A stretch of DNA of 64,000 bases. Origin: Styela clava (Eukaryota). The notes beneath the pieces were generated by a model. That model had not been told where the DNA came from. It saw only the letters and a program-made list of their open reading frames with translations, and made no database searches. A program made the position numbers and the translations under genes. The stretch covers positions 15,706,478 to 15,770,477 of the forward strand of contig NC_135260.1 in assembly GCF_964204865.1 (NCBI RefSeq), written 5' to 3'. Shown here in pieces: positions 40,090 to 50,715 of this stretch (the stretch's first letter is position 1; the number at the start of each line of letters is the position of its first letter).

Positions 40090-41706
40090 TTAAGATTTTT
40101 TATCAGTTTCCTCCTCTGTTTTATTTACAATGGATTTCTCATACTTTTTAGCCTTATGTTTGCACCACATATATATCCTCATTGGGTGGAAGAGGGTTAA
40201 AAGAGAAATGAAGACAAACATTATATTCATAATGAAAAAATCACCATCCATTTTGCGTAGAACAAGAGCAAATAACGGAAACTGAAGCAACCCAAACAAG
40301 CCCCCGACGCACATTGTGAGTCCATATAATTTTCCAAAATGTTGTCCTGGAAATGCAATCGCAATAAAACTCATGCTCCCACCATAAAGAAATGACCTGA
40401 ATATGACTTGTAGAATGAACGACACATACTGTAAAGGCAAGGACGGTATTACAATAACAATAGAGAATAGGGTCCCAAGGAGAGTGGTAGCAAGAGCAGA
40501 AAAGCTAACCGCCTTCAAAGGAACCAAATCTGGAAATTTAGCATTTTTCCGTAGAATTCGAGTAGCTGCATCAATTAACAATCCATTAAATGGGGCAAAC
40601 ACAACACCAAACAACTGACATGTTCCAAATGCTACCAAGTAGGAGTTTAGAGTGTTTGAGTCTCCAGTGAGGGGTGTGAGCCAATTTACCAGTGAACTCA
40701 TGAAAAAGTAGTTTCTTAGTTGCAGGAGTGAAAAATGCATGGTATTACTCCAATACAAGCCCTTTTTTATATAAAACGAGGCAGGACCAGCAAAAGTAGA
40801 TTCCTGATTTTCATTAGTCAATTCGGTTAGTGCTTCAACTTCTTGATTTTCTTTCATTTCAATTATTTCCAATTCTTTCTTCCTGGATTTACAATCTGCC
40901 AATCCAAACTGATAATCTTTTTTGATAGGAAAAGGAATGTGATTTCTTGGTAACAGTATGAAAGTTCTCACCCAAAGGAAAATCGTACACCAAGCTGTGA
41001 CATGAAATATCGTGTTTAAACTTACACCTTCATCATACAGCATCTTGTACATTAGAAAAACGAAAGAAGATGAATCCAGAGCACCACTCATCATTGTGAT
41101 CACAGATGATCGGAATCGCCCAAACAAATTTCCAATCTGTAGATTAGTCAATAACATGAGAATTCCACCGATCGCAAAACAAGTCATAGCTGGGAAAAGC
41201 AACCAAGACGATTCCACATTGGATACTATCATTAATATACAGCCGATGGTAAAAAGGGTGATGGAAATCACTCGTGAAACCCAGGTCCCAAATTTATCGT
41301 ATATATATCCATTGATCAATGTAGAGAATGAAAGTAGTGACGAGGCTATCGTAAAGACTAAATTAAGCTGTTCAGATTGAGCATCACAAGTGATGATTTG
41401 ACCTAAATTTTCTTCATGAATTTGTTTTGTGGGTTCCGTTGTGTTAAATCCATTATACGAAGATATTCCTTCAACATCAAGTAATGCGGTTGCGTTATAG
41501 CTGAGAGCACTTGCTGTTGGGACTACATTGTTGGATGACTTTGACACGTTGTGTGGATAAGTTTGATTTGATTCATCACAAAGGTTGCTGAAATATCCAT
41601 CTTGTTGCAGCACATAATTTAAAGAAGCCCATCCAAATAATATTCCAGAAAATAGTAGGCATTCAAGTACGCCAGTAAGTAAAGCTAGAAAGTATTTTAG
41701 ATCCAT
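40090..41706 (-). CDS. SLC43 (LAT3/LAT4-like) facilitative amino-acid transporter, major-facilitator fold, encoded as a single uninterrupted 538-aa exon
   Basis: The 538-aa ORF starts MDLKYFLALLTGVLECLLFSGILFGWASLNYVLQQDGYFSNLC. That aligns with the conserved SLC43A1/A2 N-terminus (..LENLFFSAVLLGW.SLLIILKNEGFYSSTC..), and later blocks also match (FTIASSLLSFSTL..YDKFG; LFGRFRSSVITMMSGALDSS). There are multiple hydrophobic transmembrane-like stretches and a central hydrophilic loop. The length matches vertebrate LAT3/LAT4, and there is no internal stop. Confidence 0.85.
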   Translation of the reverse strand: MDLKYFLALLTGVLECLLFSGILFGWASLNYVLQQDGYFSNLCDESNQTYPHNVSKSSNNVVPTASALSYNATALLDVEGISSYNGFNTTEPTKQIHEENLGQIITCDAQSEQLNLVFTIASSLLSFSTLINGYIYDKFGTWVSRVISITLFTIGCILMIVSNVESSWLLFPAMTCFAIGGILMLLTNLQIGNLFGRFRSSVITMMSGALDSSSFVFLMYKMLYDEGVSLNTIFHVTAWCTIFLWVRTFILLPRNHIPFPIKKDYQFGLADCKSRKKELEIIEMKENQEVEALTELTNENQESTFAGPASFYIKKGLYWSNTMHFSLLQLRNYFFMSSLVNWLTPLTGDSNTLNSYLVAFGTCQLFGVVFAPFNGLLIDAATRILRKNAKFPDLVPLKAVSFSALATTLLGTLFSIVIVIPSLPLQYVSFILQVIFRSFLYGGSMSFIAIAFPGQHFGKLYGLTMCVGGLFGLLQFPLFALVLRKMDGDFFIMNIMFVFISLLTLFHPMRIYMWCKHKAKKYEKSIVNKTEEETDKKS

Positions 41707-41858
41707 TTAATGGAGCTCACTACAGAACTATAATGAATAGAGCAAAAAAAAGTATTACTCCTAAGTCAGTAAGTCCAATTCTGTCAGGTGGTTGTTTGAT
41801 CAGATAAACAGCAGATAAGGATTCTAATAAAATAATAGATATGGGCAATTATCTATCT

Positions 41859-42972
41859 CAGGGGTGTCAAACTCGTGGGTTTTCGAGGGCCGCATTGCAT
41901 TTTGGAAATTGTGCAAAGGGATGCAGACAGTTTTTGATAATGTATACTTGAAGCATATTTTTAAATAGGTGTGGTTTGTGACATATATTGTGATGCAATT
42001 AAACAGCCAAATACAGTTTTGTTATTTTCTTAAATTTCATTTACCGTACATATTAATTTTTGCATTTCACTATTATTGCAATTTACTATAGGCTATTTAT
42101 TACAAAAAATCATAAATTTTTATGTACAACTATCCAAAAGATTTTTGAACAGAGTTTTGATGAGGATAAAATAATACATTCACTAAAAATGACAAAATAT
42201 ATGACCTAAAATTTTCAAAAATATTACATAATAAACTCAATGTTTTTTTATTACATATGTCTTGGCGTTTGGCATCTCTTTTTGTGCCACCAGTTTTATA
42301 ATATCAGGCTGAAATGATTTTACAGTATTGCACAAATATTACAATACTACATTTATCATTTCATGTATAAATCAGTAAACAAACAAAAATGACCGACTTT
42401 CCGGACCAGACATTTCCCGACACATTTCCAACCATTACGTGGCATACCACTTGAGTTACGATTGATATTGATTTTTAGTAACTAAGTAGTTGTATAATTA
42501 TAATATTATACAGACACATAAAAATGTTTCTGTTCGAAGTTGATCTTTAAATTTGTCATATTGTCTACTTATATTGTATTCTTTCATTGTACTGATGTAA
42601 ATGTGACAAATTAAACAATGTGCTTTACAATTTTGAGAAATATTGCAACTCCCCCTTTTCTTCAAAAATGCCACATTCCTCATGTACTTTGCGTTTCATT
42701 TAATCTCTGAAGTGTTTTTTTGCAACTATATTTTTGCTAGCTCGAGGTGTATTCATAATTGGGTCAAAAATGGACAAAAAAAAATTTTCGAAACTAATTT
42801 CAGTAAATTGTCGTTTTCTGTGTAAAAAATCAATTTCATTTCAAAAGGTTTGAAAAATGTATTACATTTAGATAAAAAAAACTCACAAAATATTACAATT
42901 ATTGTAAAGCGTTTGAGGGCCGCATTGGAAGTTCTCTGGGGCCGCATGCGGCTCGGGAGTTTGACACACCTG
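41859..42972. mobile_element. Non-autonomous hAT-like element (1.1 kb) with a 16-bp TIR and a 7-8-bp TSD, ~150 bp upstream of the SLC43 start codon
   Basis: 5' TIR caggggtgtcaaactc. 3' end ..gagtttgacacacctg is, in reverse complement, caggtgtgtcaaactc. The flanks are atctatct|cagggg and cacctg|ttctatct (TSD tctatct). There is no long ORF inside. Confidence 0.65.
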
Positions 42973-43810
42973 TTCTATCTGACATAATAGATATAGTTCG
43001 TTATCGGCGGCGCAATGCCATTTCGGGCAATCGTAATTGGACTTTGGCAAGCCTTATTACGTGATGGTGACGTCGTAGTGACGTAATTTTTGGATGACAT
43101 AGTCAGGTGGGGGTTAGGAATAACATATGCAAAATGCGTTATGCTACGTGCCAAAGTATAATTACGATTGCCCGAAATGGCATCTGCGCCCCCGATAACG
43201 AACTCGCTTAAGCCGGCGATCTCTCTCCTATCGTGATCGCTGTGACGATGAAACGAGAGAAATAGCTTGCTCGATTTCGGGTGATCTTATGCGCGTTTTG
43301 GACGACCATCCGCATATATTGGTGGGCGTTATTACGCCACTGTGACATGACTAATTTTTTCCGTGACATAGTCAGGTGGGGGTTAGGATTGACATATGCA
43401 AAAATTGTTGAGCCAGGCCAACTTAGAAGTGGGGTCTAGTATAGTTTAGTACTACAAGTACTTCCAGTGGGCGTAGCATACCGGTAACGATTTTTGCATA
43501 TGTTATTCCTAACCCTCACCTGACTATGCCATCCAAAAATTACCTCACCATCACGTCATAGGGATTGCCAAAGTATAATTACGATCGCCCGAAATGGCAT
43601 CTGCGCCGCCGATAAGAACTTGCTAAAGCGTTTTGTCGTCTGCGCGTTTTGTACGACCATCCGCATACTTCGGTGAGCCTTATTACGCCACTGTGACGTC
43701 GGAATGACGTAATTTTTCGGTGACGTATCAGGTGGGGGTTGGGATTGACATATGCAAAAATTTTTCAGCCAGGCCAACTAAAAGTGGATGTGGTACTACC
43801 GGTACTGTAC
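42973..43810. repeat. Nested inverted-repeat (foldback-like) cluster made of modules A (52 bp), B (~85 bp, with TGACGT half-sites) and C
   Basis: The order is A(42998-43049), B(43050-43133), A'(43150-43203), C, B(43318-43410), B'(43488-43566), A'(43567-43620), C, B(43686-43790). A and A' are a 52-bp near-perfect inverted repeat. B' and B are ~80-bp inverted arms. B reads ..gtgacgtcgtagtgacgtaattttt..gtcaggtgggggttagga.. Confidence 0.7.
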
Positions 43811-44071
43811 TAAACTATACCAGAGCCTAGAAGCGCATGTGGTGCTAAACTACGGTATACCAGACCCCATAAACCTCCACTATTTTTTCAACCATCTCAA
43901 GCTTCATTAAAAGGTAAGTACTGTACATTATACCCAACACTGTTATTACACAGTTATACCCAACATTGCAACATTTCAGAAATGGCTTGGTTATTTATTA
44001 CGGTACTTCTGCTATTTCATTAGACAGTCCAGCAATTTAGGCAGCAGTATGCCTTCATGTGGGGAGTGAGT

Positions 44072-44148
44072 GGTGAGTTGTCCGTGTAGTCGAGTTGTCC
44101 GTCAGCCATGTGGGGAGGCGGACAACTCGACTACACGGACAACTCACC
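44072..44148. repeat. Perfect 30-bp-arm hairpin (ggtgagttgtccgtgtagtcgagttgtccg / cggacaactcgactacacggacaactcacc) with a 17-nt loop
   Basis: I checked the reverse-complement match by eye. The motif gacaactcgactac recurs in the tandem repeat 0.4 kb downstream. Confidence 0.8.
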
Positions 44149-44567
44149 AGAGACAACTCGACTACCTGGAGACCTGGTGAGTTGTCCGTCTTTTCGCATT
44201 TTCTACGGTGGTGTTTTAGGTCTATAGAAATGCGTTTTTGATATTTTTAGTGCTCAAATGTTGAGAAAAATACATAAATATTCTCTAGAAAGCATTTTTA
44301 TTTGTATAAGTGGCTTATTTTAATCATGTTGTATGAATACAAATACAGTCTACAGACGAAATTGGAGTAACGTTAGCGAAGTTAGACTGTTGACTTATAG
44401 GACTGTGTTCGTTTAATTTTATGAACTTTATTGGTATTAATGTTTTGAATGAGCACATTTGAATATATTAAAACCTTTATACTTCACAGTAACACTTAAA
44501 TATTTATGAATGTGAGCTCAGTAGTCTGTGGTTGCAGTAGTCTAAACTCGCTTACGGCAGTCGCCCG

Positions 44568-44780
44568 TCAACTCACCAGTCGAGCAAACGCTCTGCGACG
44601 TGACGTCATCGATGCTCGAGGTAAAGACAACTCGACTACCGAGCAACGAGAGTCAGACAACTCACTAGTCGAGCAATCGCTCTGCGATATAGATGCTCGA
44701 GGTAAAGACAACTCGACTACCGAGCAACCTCACTAGTCGAGCAATCGTTCTGCGATATCGATGCTCGAGGAGAAGACATT
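44568..44780. repeat. Tandem repeat of ~2.7 units of 70-88 bp (..ctagtcgagcaatcgctctgcgatatagatgctcgaggtaaagacaactcgactaccgagcaa..)
   Basis: Periodicity is visible directly. ORF 44506-44736 is a by-product of this repeat. Confidence 0.75.
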
Positions 44781-45882
44781 GCTTTGCAAAACGCAGACTC
44801 AATAGTTGCATAGCATTTACTTAGTGCCGACTGATATTAGTTGTAAGCCAACTTACCACGGCACGGTTTCAGTCATAGAGTTTGAAATTCTTTTTGCAGA
44901 AAAAAAACAGGAACAGATAGGCACTGTCGCTGCGCCTGGCAAAGAAACTGGGCCGAAGAATAGATAAAAGATGTTTACTTTTTGTTACGATTAATGAATT
45001 TATTATGATATTTAAATACTAAACGTTATGGGGAAATTTAATGGATGGAAGGTTTTGTTTTCTTTTTCGTTACGAATATTGAATTTTATTTGAATACTGA
45101 ACGTTTGGGAAATTTGCTGCGTTACATACTTACTCTTTGCAATACTGCGGCCCGTAGATCCTTGAACACCTCCGAAGAAGAGAGTCCACAGATAACTCTC
45201 CTTCCTTAAACTGTTCCCAAACATGTTGCACCCTCTCGTTGGCTTCCGCATGCCTGCCGTTGACACGCCCCACAACATTCTCTTCTAAAATATCCACAAC
45301 GTCCGCCTCTATCCCTATACTTACCTCGTACATTGTTGAGATTAAACTGTAAAAAGGCATATTTTTCCGAGTTATACTGTTGAAATGATATTTATATATG
45401 TCTTTGTACTTCTTCCACTTCTTTTGTTTTAACATGTTTTATTTTGTTTTAGGGACGCTGGAACAAGAGACCTGATAAAGCACACCTACACCACTAACAC
45501 CAGTGGTTCCCAACCGCCGGTCCGCGAGATATTTCGTTGTTTTTATGCCGTCTCAATCGCTTTACCAAAAACGAGGCTGCGTTGGTTTATTACAGTATTA
45601 CGCAATTTTTCTTCCGTCGTCATATTGCGACGTCTTTCGCGACATTTTGGCGCCGAGTAATCACACTTTTCGCTTTTTCGGCTCCGATTCATCGCGGATG
45701 CGCTTCATCAAATCTCGAAAAAATCAGAAACCTAGAAATCGGCACGAGTGCTTTTTCTGTTTAGCATGCTTTTCCTGATTACTATGACCATCCATATAAA
45801 ACGTTACGCATATTTCTTTGTTTAAAACAGAAAACTGTCAAGAACAGTATAATATTTCAGTAAGATATGAACTCGTTGCGAC

Positions 45883-48800
45883 CATAGGCGTAGCTAGGGG
45901 GAGGGGGGGGGGGGGCAGAGGGGCCATGGCCTCCCAAAAAATGTTCGAGAATTCCATTCTTAATGGACCTTCCCCCGACCTTTGACCTTTATTATTATGA
46001 TTTTGGTCGCTCAGACAAACATTGCAAATATTCAGGCTTGTGCAGGGCGATAGAGTGGTACGTTGCTCGTTTTAAAGGCCTTCGAATGGCATTTCACTGG
46101 TGATGGCGGTATTTTCGTGCTTCTAAAGTTATAACAAATTGTCAAGTGATCTATTATTAACGTTATTCCGCCTTCACATTGCCGTTAATGTACCTAACTT
46201 AGTTCTAAAAGCCTATTTAACATACAAAAATGTAATCACTCAGATATGACTTGGTTCTCCAAGAACTTTTCTTTTCCCCAGCAGGAGAAAGATACAAAAC
46301 TTTTCATTGAAAAGTGATATTTAAACTTATATGGTTGAAGAATGTCAGAGGGTGGTGATAGGACTAGGAGACCTGCGTGACTACCGGTACGATACCGGTA
46401 CCATATCCCATAGTTCATAGACTGATAGATAGCGTCCAAGTTAGGGCTGAATTGGTGGGTTTAGTATTGAAACAAATGAAATGCAGGGGCAGTTTAAAAA
46501 GTCTTTTAGATACATTCTTGGAAACATTGCACAAACTACAGAAATCTGTAATTTTGAACAGGTGAATATTTTTTTCAGATACATTTATGATGGTTCAGTC
46601 GTCAATCTTGGTTCAACGCTAGATTTCAAAGCCAAGTGCTATAGATAAGTTCAGGAGTCTCTGCCACCACATCATCTCCAAATAGTGGTGTCGCTGGATA
46701 GTCACCAAGTCTTTGATGCAATTTGTACATGCTAGGCACAGTGAGGGCACTTAAGTTTATGTCGTATCATAGAAACACAGATTTATTAGCTCAGTAAGAC
46801 GGGTGCAAATATACTATTGAAAGATTAGATTCAACAGGTTTATTGAGGTATTATGATCGATTATATACCACATAAAATTACAAGACCAATAATGTTATAG
46901 TGATAAACATGGTTTAAATGGACTAACCAAGACTATCCAACAGATGAAATTGAGGGGAATAAAGATTTTTCACTGAGCCAAGCATGTACAAGCCTTCCCC
47001 AGCATTGGTAACAAACCACCTATATAAAGGGAACAAAATAGATCCAACAGTTTTGTCGTCTGTAGTTGGTGCTAATCCCACAAAGTTAGATCGAGCCAGA
47101 GTTCCAATCATACCGGTTCAACCAAAAACAGTCTGTTATGTGATAGGTTTTACAATATAGTTTATTCATTCAGTGTAGAAATAGAATATAACAGATTATA
47201 AAAAATATATGATGAAGGAACAAGCAAGTAAATCCAAGAAAATTACTACAAATTATACAGTTTTGCAGATATTGTGTTGTATAGGATAAAAATACACACC
47301 AGATATATGCTTTTGGGCACAACAAACAAAAAACATGGAAGCAATGGAGCGTCTGAGGTATTTTATTGAAGCTGCCTGGTTTCATCCCCCGATAATATGG
47401 AAGAATTGCTCTCACTGGGCACTACCTCATTGTTATGTAGTCAGCCCATAGTCAGATGGGCAAACACCCACCACTTGGTTCGGTTCTAAAGTTATCAGGT
47501 GATTATGAACAAGTTGTGATTTATATGACAGTGATAAATGCAAAACAACCTAACAAAATAAGGATATATTCATCACACACCACAGTTACTACCAAGTGCA
47601 GGGCCAACTTCTGGTATCAGGAGCAGCTTGGTGTGACTTTGCAGTTGCAGTTCCGATTCTGAATCTTGTTAATTCTTTCGCGCCTTTTTATTATTATTAT
47701 TTCTTTTTCTGGTAGGTAGTCAAGTACTTTTTGAAATCTATTTTAAGTTATGCTCGACTTCCACTTTTCTCTGCAATTTGTTTGTATGTTGACTTTTTGT
47801 GTTGTTTTATGCCAGAGAACCAAAATAAAATGATGATGATGCTTGCTCACATTTTTCTGCTGTCTGACAAAGCGCTGTCTTTTTCATCAGCGGCACTTGA
47901 GGTAGTTTCAACTAAAGAGTCTGGGGGCAGATCTGGTTGGATCCCTGACAATCCTTTCTCACTTTCGTCAGATTCACATGTCTCTGTATCAAATGAAGTA
48001 TCTGGTGACAGATCCTGTTAAAGTATGATCCAAAGTTAAATTATGGTATAAGTAATCCTTACCTCACAACTCGATGGTGCTTTTCTGTTGGGTGACAAGA
48101 ATCTGATATAGGGTCAGGGTATTCATCAGTTGGTCCATCGCCTCCATGAAAATGCATGATGGAACGCATTGTTGTATTAAAATTTATTTCATATAAGAAT
48201 TAACATATTGAATATATCATAGGTATCGAAAACAATATTTATGTTGGCCTACCTTGGTACGCACGAAGGTATTTCTGGTGATTTTTCCTAGATTGAATAT
48301 ACTGTGAGTGTGAGGCCTGTTGCATTCCTTTATCCACCTCATTACTTTTTGGCAGTCAATATGTGGCTTCCGAAAAGGCACAAATCTTACTCCATTTGAA
48401 CGGTAGGGGTACCGTACCGTACAGGTTGTCAGACCGTCAAATACCATATGCACAGCGTTTACACATAGTTACCGTAGTCTACTAAAATAATTCACTAATA
48501 GATTCTGTTTAATAAAAATGCAACATCGTATCGAAGACAAATTCTTCCGCACTGACATACGGTAGGCTACCGGTACCCTTGATTGCATCAGCATGACTGT
48601 CTACTATTTTTTTGGTTCGAAATAGCAGTTGCGACCTGTACAGTACCGTAACCTGTTACCGGTACCTGTAAGGTGCCTGCAACGCCAACGGGTACAGCCT
48701 TTTAGTATAGATATATAGATTTCGTGAACGTGATTTGCAACAAGTAACATACAGTATTACAGCTTTCTAATTCTCGCGGCCTTGTGAGGAAAAAAAAGCG

Positions 48801-49694
48801 AGAAAAAGGACAAATATCTTCCTAAACCGCCAGCAACCTGTGCGGAACGCGTCCAAAGTTGTCTGAGCGACTTTTCAGCGGAGAATGTTTGTTTACATCT
48901 GCTCGCCTGTGATTGGTTGAAAATACGGATGTTTTGATGTCGGGAAAAGGTCCATCCACCAGTTTTGTGGCAATCTTGTGTCGTCACGCTTGCTGATTGT
49001 CCTTGTTACGTCACAAAGACTTGGCCGTTCGCTGTTATGAGCAGTTTGGTAAAGACTGTTTCGTTAGCTTTCGGTCAGTTACTCGGTTTGATTTGTTCTC
49101 GCCGGTTTTATATTCGAAACGCTTGGATTGATGACCAAATTACTTCCACGGCTAAATGTAAACAGGCGAAATGCGATAGTTTTTTTCAGCGAAATAAAGA
49201 GTCGCTTTCCTCAAAAACATCAATGAGCGCTACTCAGGCTGCGGATGCACCGGTTACGTCAGTTAACGTTACGTCTATTACTTCTATTCCCGAAGATAAA
49301 CTAAGATTCAAAGAAGGGAAAACAAATGATCTTGGATTTATTCTTAAGAAACATATCGATGCGGAGAGATACAGGCTTCTAACTTCGAATGGTCCGAAAA
49401 ACGTGACGATTCTGGATACCGTTAGACAAAGTCGTCGTAAATTTCTCAAAAAATGGCTTGACGATGACAGATTTTGCAGTTGGTTAGTTTGCACCCAACT
49501 CTCTGATGGGGGTGGATTTTGTATTCACAAAAAGCCAGCTGAGTTGTTGAATCAGTTTGCTTACTGATAAACTGTTGTTGTTTCGCGCTTGAAGAAGGGG
49601 TGTCTTAAACCCAATATAATTTCTGAAATTTTCAAGTTTGCCACCCTCCCCCCCAAAAAAAAATTTTGGGCTGGCTACGCCACTGGTTGCGACT
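45883..49694. mobile_element. hAT-like element (3.8 kb) with imperfect TIR CATAGGCGTAGCTAG / CAGTGGCGTAGCCAG (reverse-complement of the 3' end), a perfect 8-bp TSD GTTGCGAC, a 13-nt poly-G tract just inside the 5' end, and a transposase N-terminal zinc-finger relic near the 3' end
   Basis: gttgcgac|cataggcgtagctaggggga(G13).. reads at 45875-45900. ..ttttgggctggctacgccactg|gttgcgac reads at 49670-49702. An 8-bp TSD is the hAT hallmark. Confidence 0.6.
49432..49564 (+). pseudogene. TTF-type zinc-finger-like N-terminal fragment of a hAT (Buster/ZMYM1-like) transposase. It ends at a stop and no downstream transposase body is present
   Basis: ..RRKFLKKWLDDDRFCSWLVCTQLSDGGGFCIHKKPAELL.. fits R.F...W....YPWL.Y......FC..C. 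It is the C-terminal tail of ORF 48965-49567, and the rest of that ORF is unconstrained. Confidence 0.45.
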
Positions 49695-50224
49695 CTTCAG
49701 GTGGTTACGAGAGGCGGGGAAAAGCATGGGCCGCAGAGATCTTTTCCAGTATTTTGAGCAGGCACAGTAGGATTTTGAGCCCGGTGCCAGTTTTTGAGTG
49801 TGCCTTTTTTGTCTAGAACCATATTGAGTGACATTACATTATAATACGCAAATATATGTTAATCTTTTTTGTTCAGGTCCTTTAATTTTTTGCCGGTCAG
49901 CGAGGACATTTCATTTTACCGGTCCGTTAGGGTAGAAAGGTTGGGAACCGCTGGTCTACATCACTGTGAAGTGACTCTCACGGTGACCTTTGTGTGCAAC
50001 CAAGCGAAAAGTTCAAATATCGTATCAGATTCGGAGGCGGAACTAAATTCCCATACGCAATAAAGAGGCAAATGAAAATAAAAATGCCAAAATAAAGTTA
50101 TATTCGGTATTTCTGTGAATTTAAATAATAAAACCGTGCCAGAAAAAATGTAAAGTGCGAATCATCAAACAACAACTTATAAATATGAGTTTAAAACTAA
50201 AAAAATACAGCACGAGTAATTACT

Positions 50225-50715
50225 TTAAAAGTAAATATCGTAAAACATACACTTTTCAAATCTTAGTCACATGTCTCTCCGCCCAAGTGGCGCGAGATTT
50301 TATTATTAGATATTGATAAGCTTCTTAAACTCTACACAATATGACAAAATTTTATAATTATGGGGAATCCATTGCTGAAAAGAGCCCATTTTGCATATAT
50401 CGGAATAGGTGAAAAATCGAAAAAATATACACTTTTCAAATCTTAGTCACATGTCTTTCCGCCCAAGTGGCACGAGATTTTATTATTTATATTGACAAGG
50501 TTCTTGAACTCTAGACAATACAACTTGAGTCGTCGGGAACAAAATTTTATAATTATGCTGAATCCATTGCTGAAAAGAGCCCAATTTGCATATATCAGAA
50601 CAGGTGAAAAATCGAAAAAACATACCCTTTTCAAACCTTAGTCACATGTCTTTACGCTCAAGTGGCGCGAGATTTCCTTATTTGATATTGATAAGGTTCT
50701 CAAACTCTACTCAAT
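50225..50715. repeat. Satellite-like tandem repeat with a ~187-bp unit, ~2.6 copies
   Basis: Units begin ..catacacttttcaaatcttagtcacatgtc.. near 50246, 50427 and 50621. Confidence 0.8.

Larger units (their letters stand above)
45499..49952. mobile_element. Candidate outer hAT-Charlie-like MITE defined by TIR CAGTGGTTCCCAACC / CAGCGGTTCCCAACC. The pairing is uncertain and I see no clean TSD
   Basis: cagtggttcccaaccgccggtccgcgag at 45499. ggttgggaaccgctg ends at 49952. The same CAGYGGTTCYCAAMC terminus recurs alone near 18935, 19562, 35828, 37058, 39163, 52123 and 54190. Confidence 0.3.

Noticed and set aside
40403-41380. Plus-strand ORFs 40403-40618 and 41012-41380 inside the transporter locus
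   Set aside because: Antisense shadows of the well-supported minus-strand SLC43 CDS.
44506-44736. 76-aa ORF with internal repeats (..DARGKDNSTTEQ.. twice)
   Set aside because: Generated by reading through the 70-88-bp tandem DNA repeat. It is not a protein.
48018-48166. Apparent minus-strand mini-exon with a GTAAGG donor and a 48-nt intron ending TTTAACAG
   Set aside because: The AGGTAAGG coincides with an in-frame TAA. The 36-aa ORF simply terminates, and no frame connects to the downstream acidic ORF. The opposite-strand ORF 47731-48021 is a TE fragment shared with 18640-18750.
48965-49431. N-terminal 155 aa of the 200-aa ORF 48965-49567, as a real protein
   Set aside because: Only the last ~44 aa (the TTF-type zinc-finger motif) look constrained. 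The upstream part is probably element UTR or decayed sequence read through by chance.
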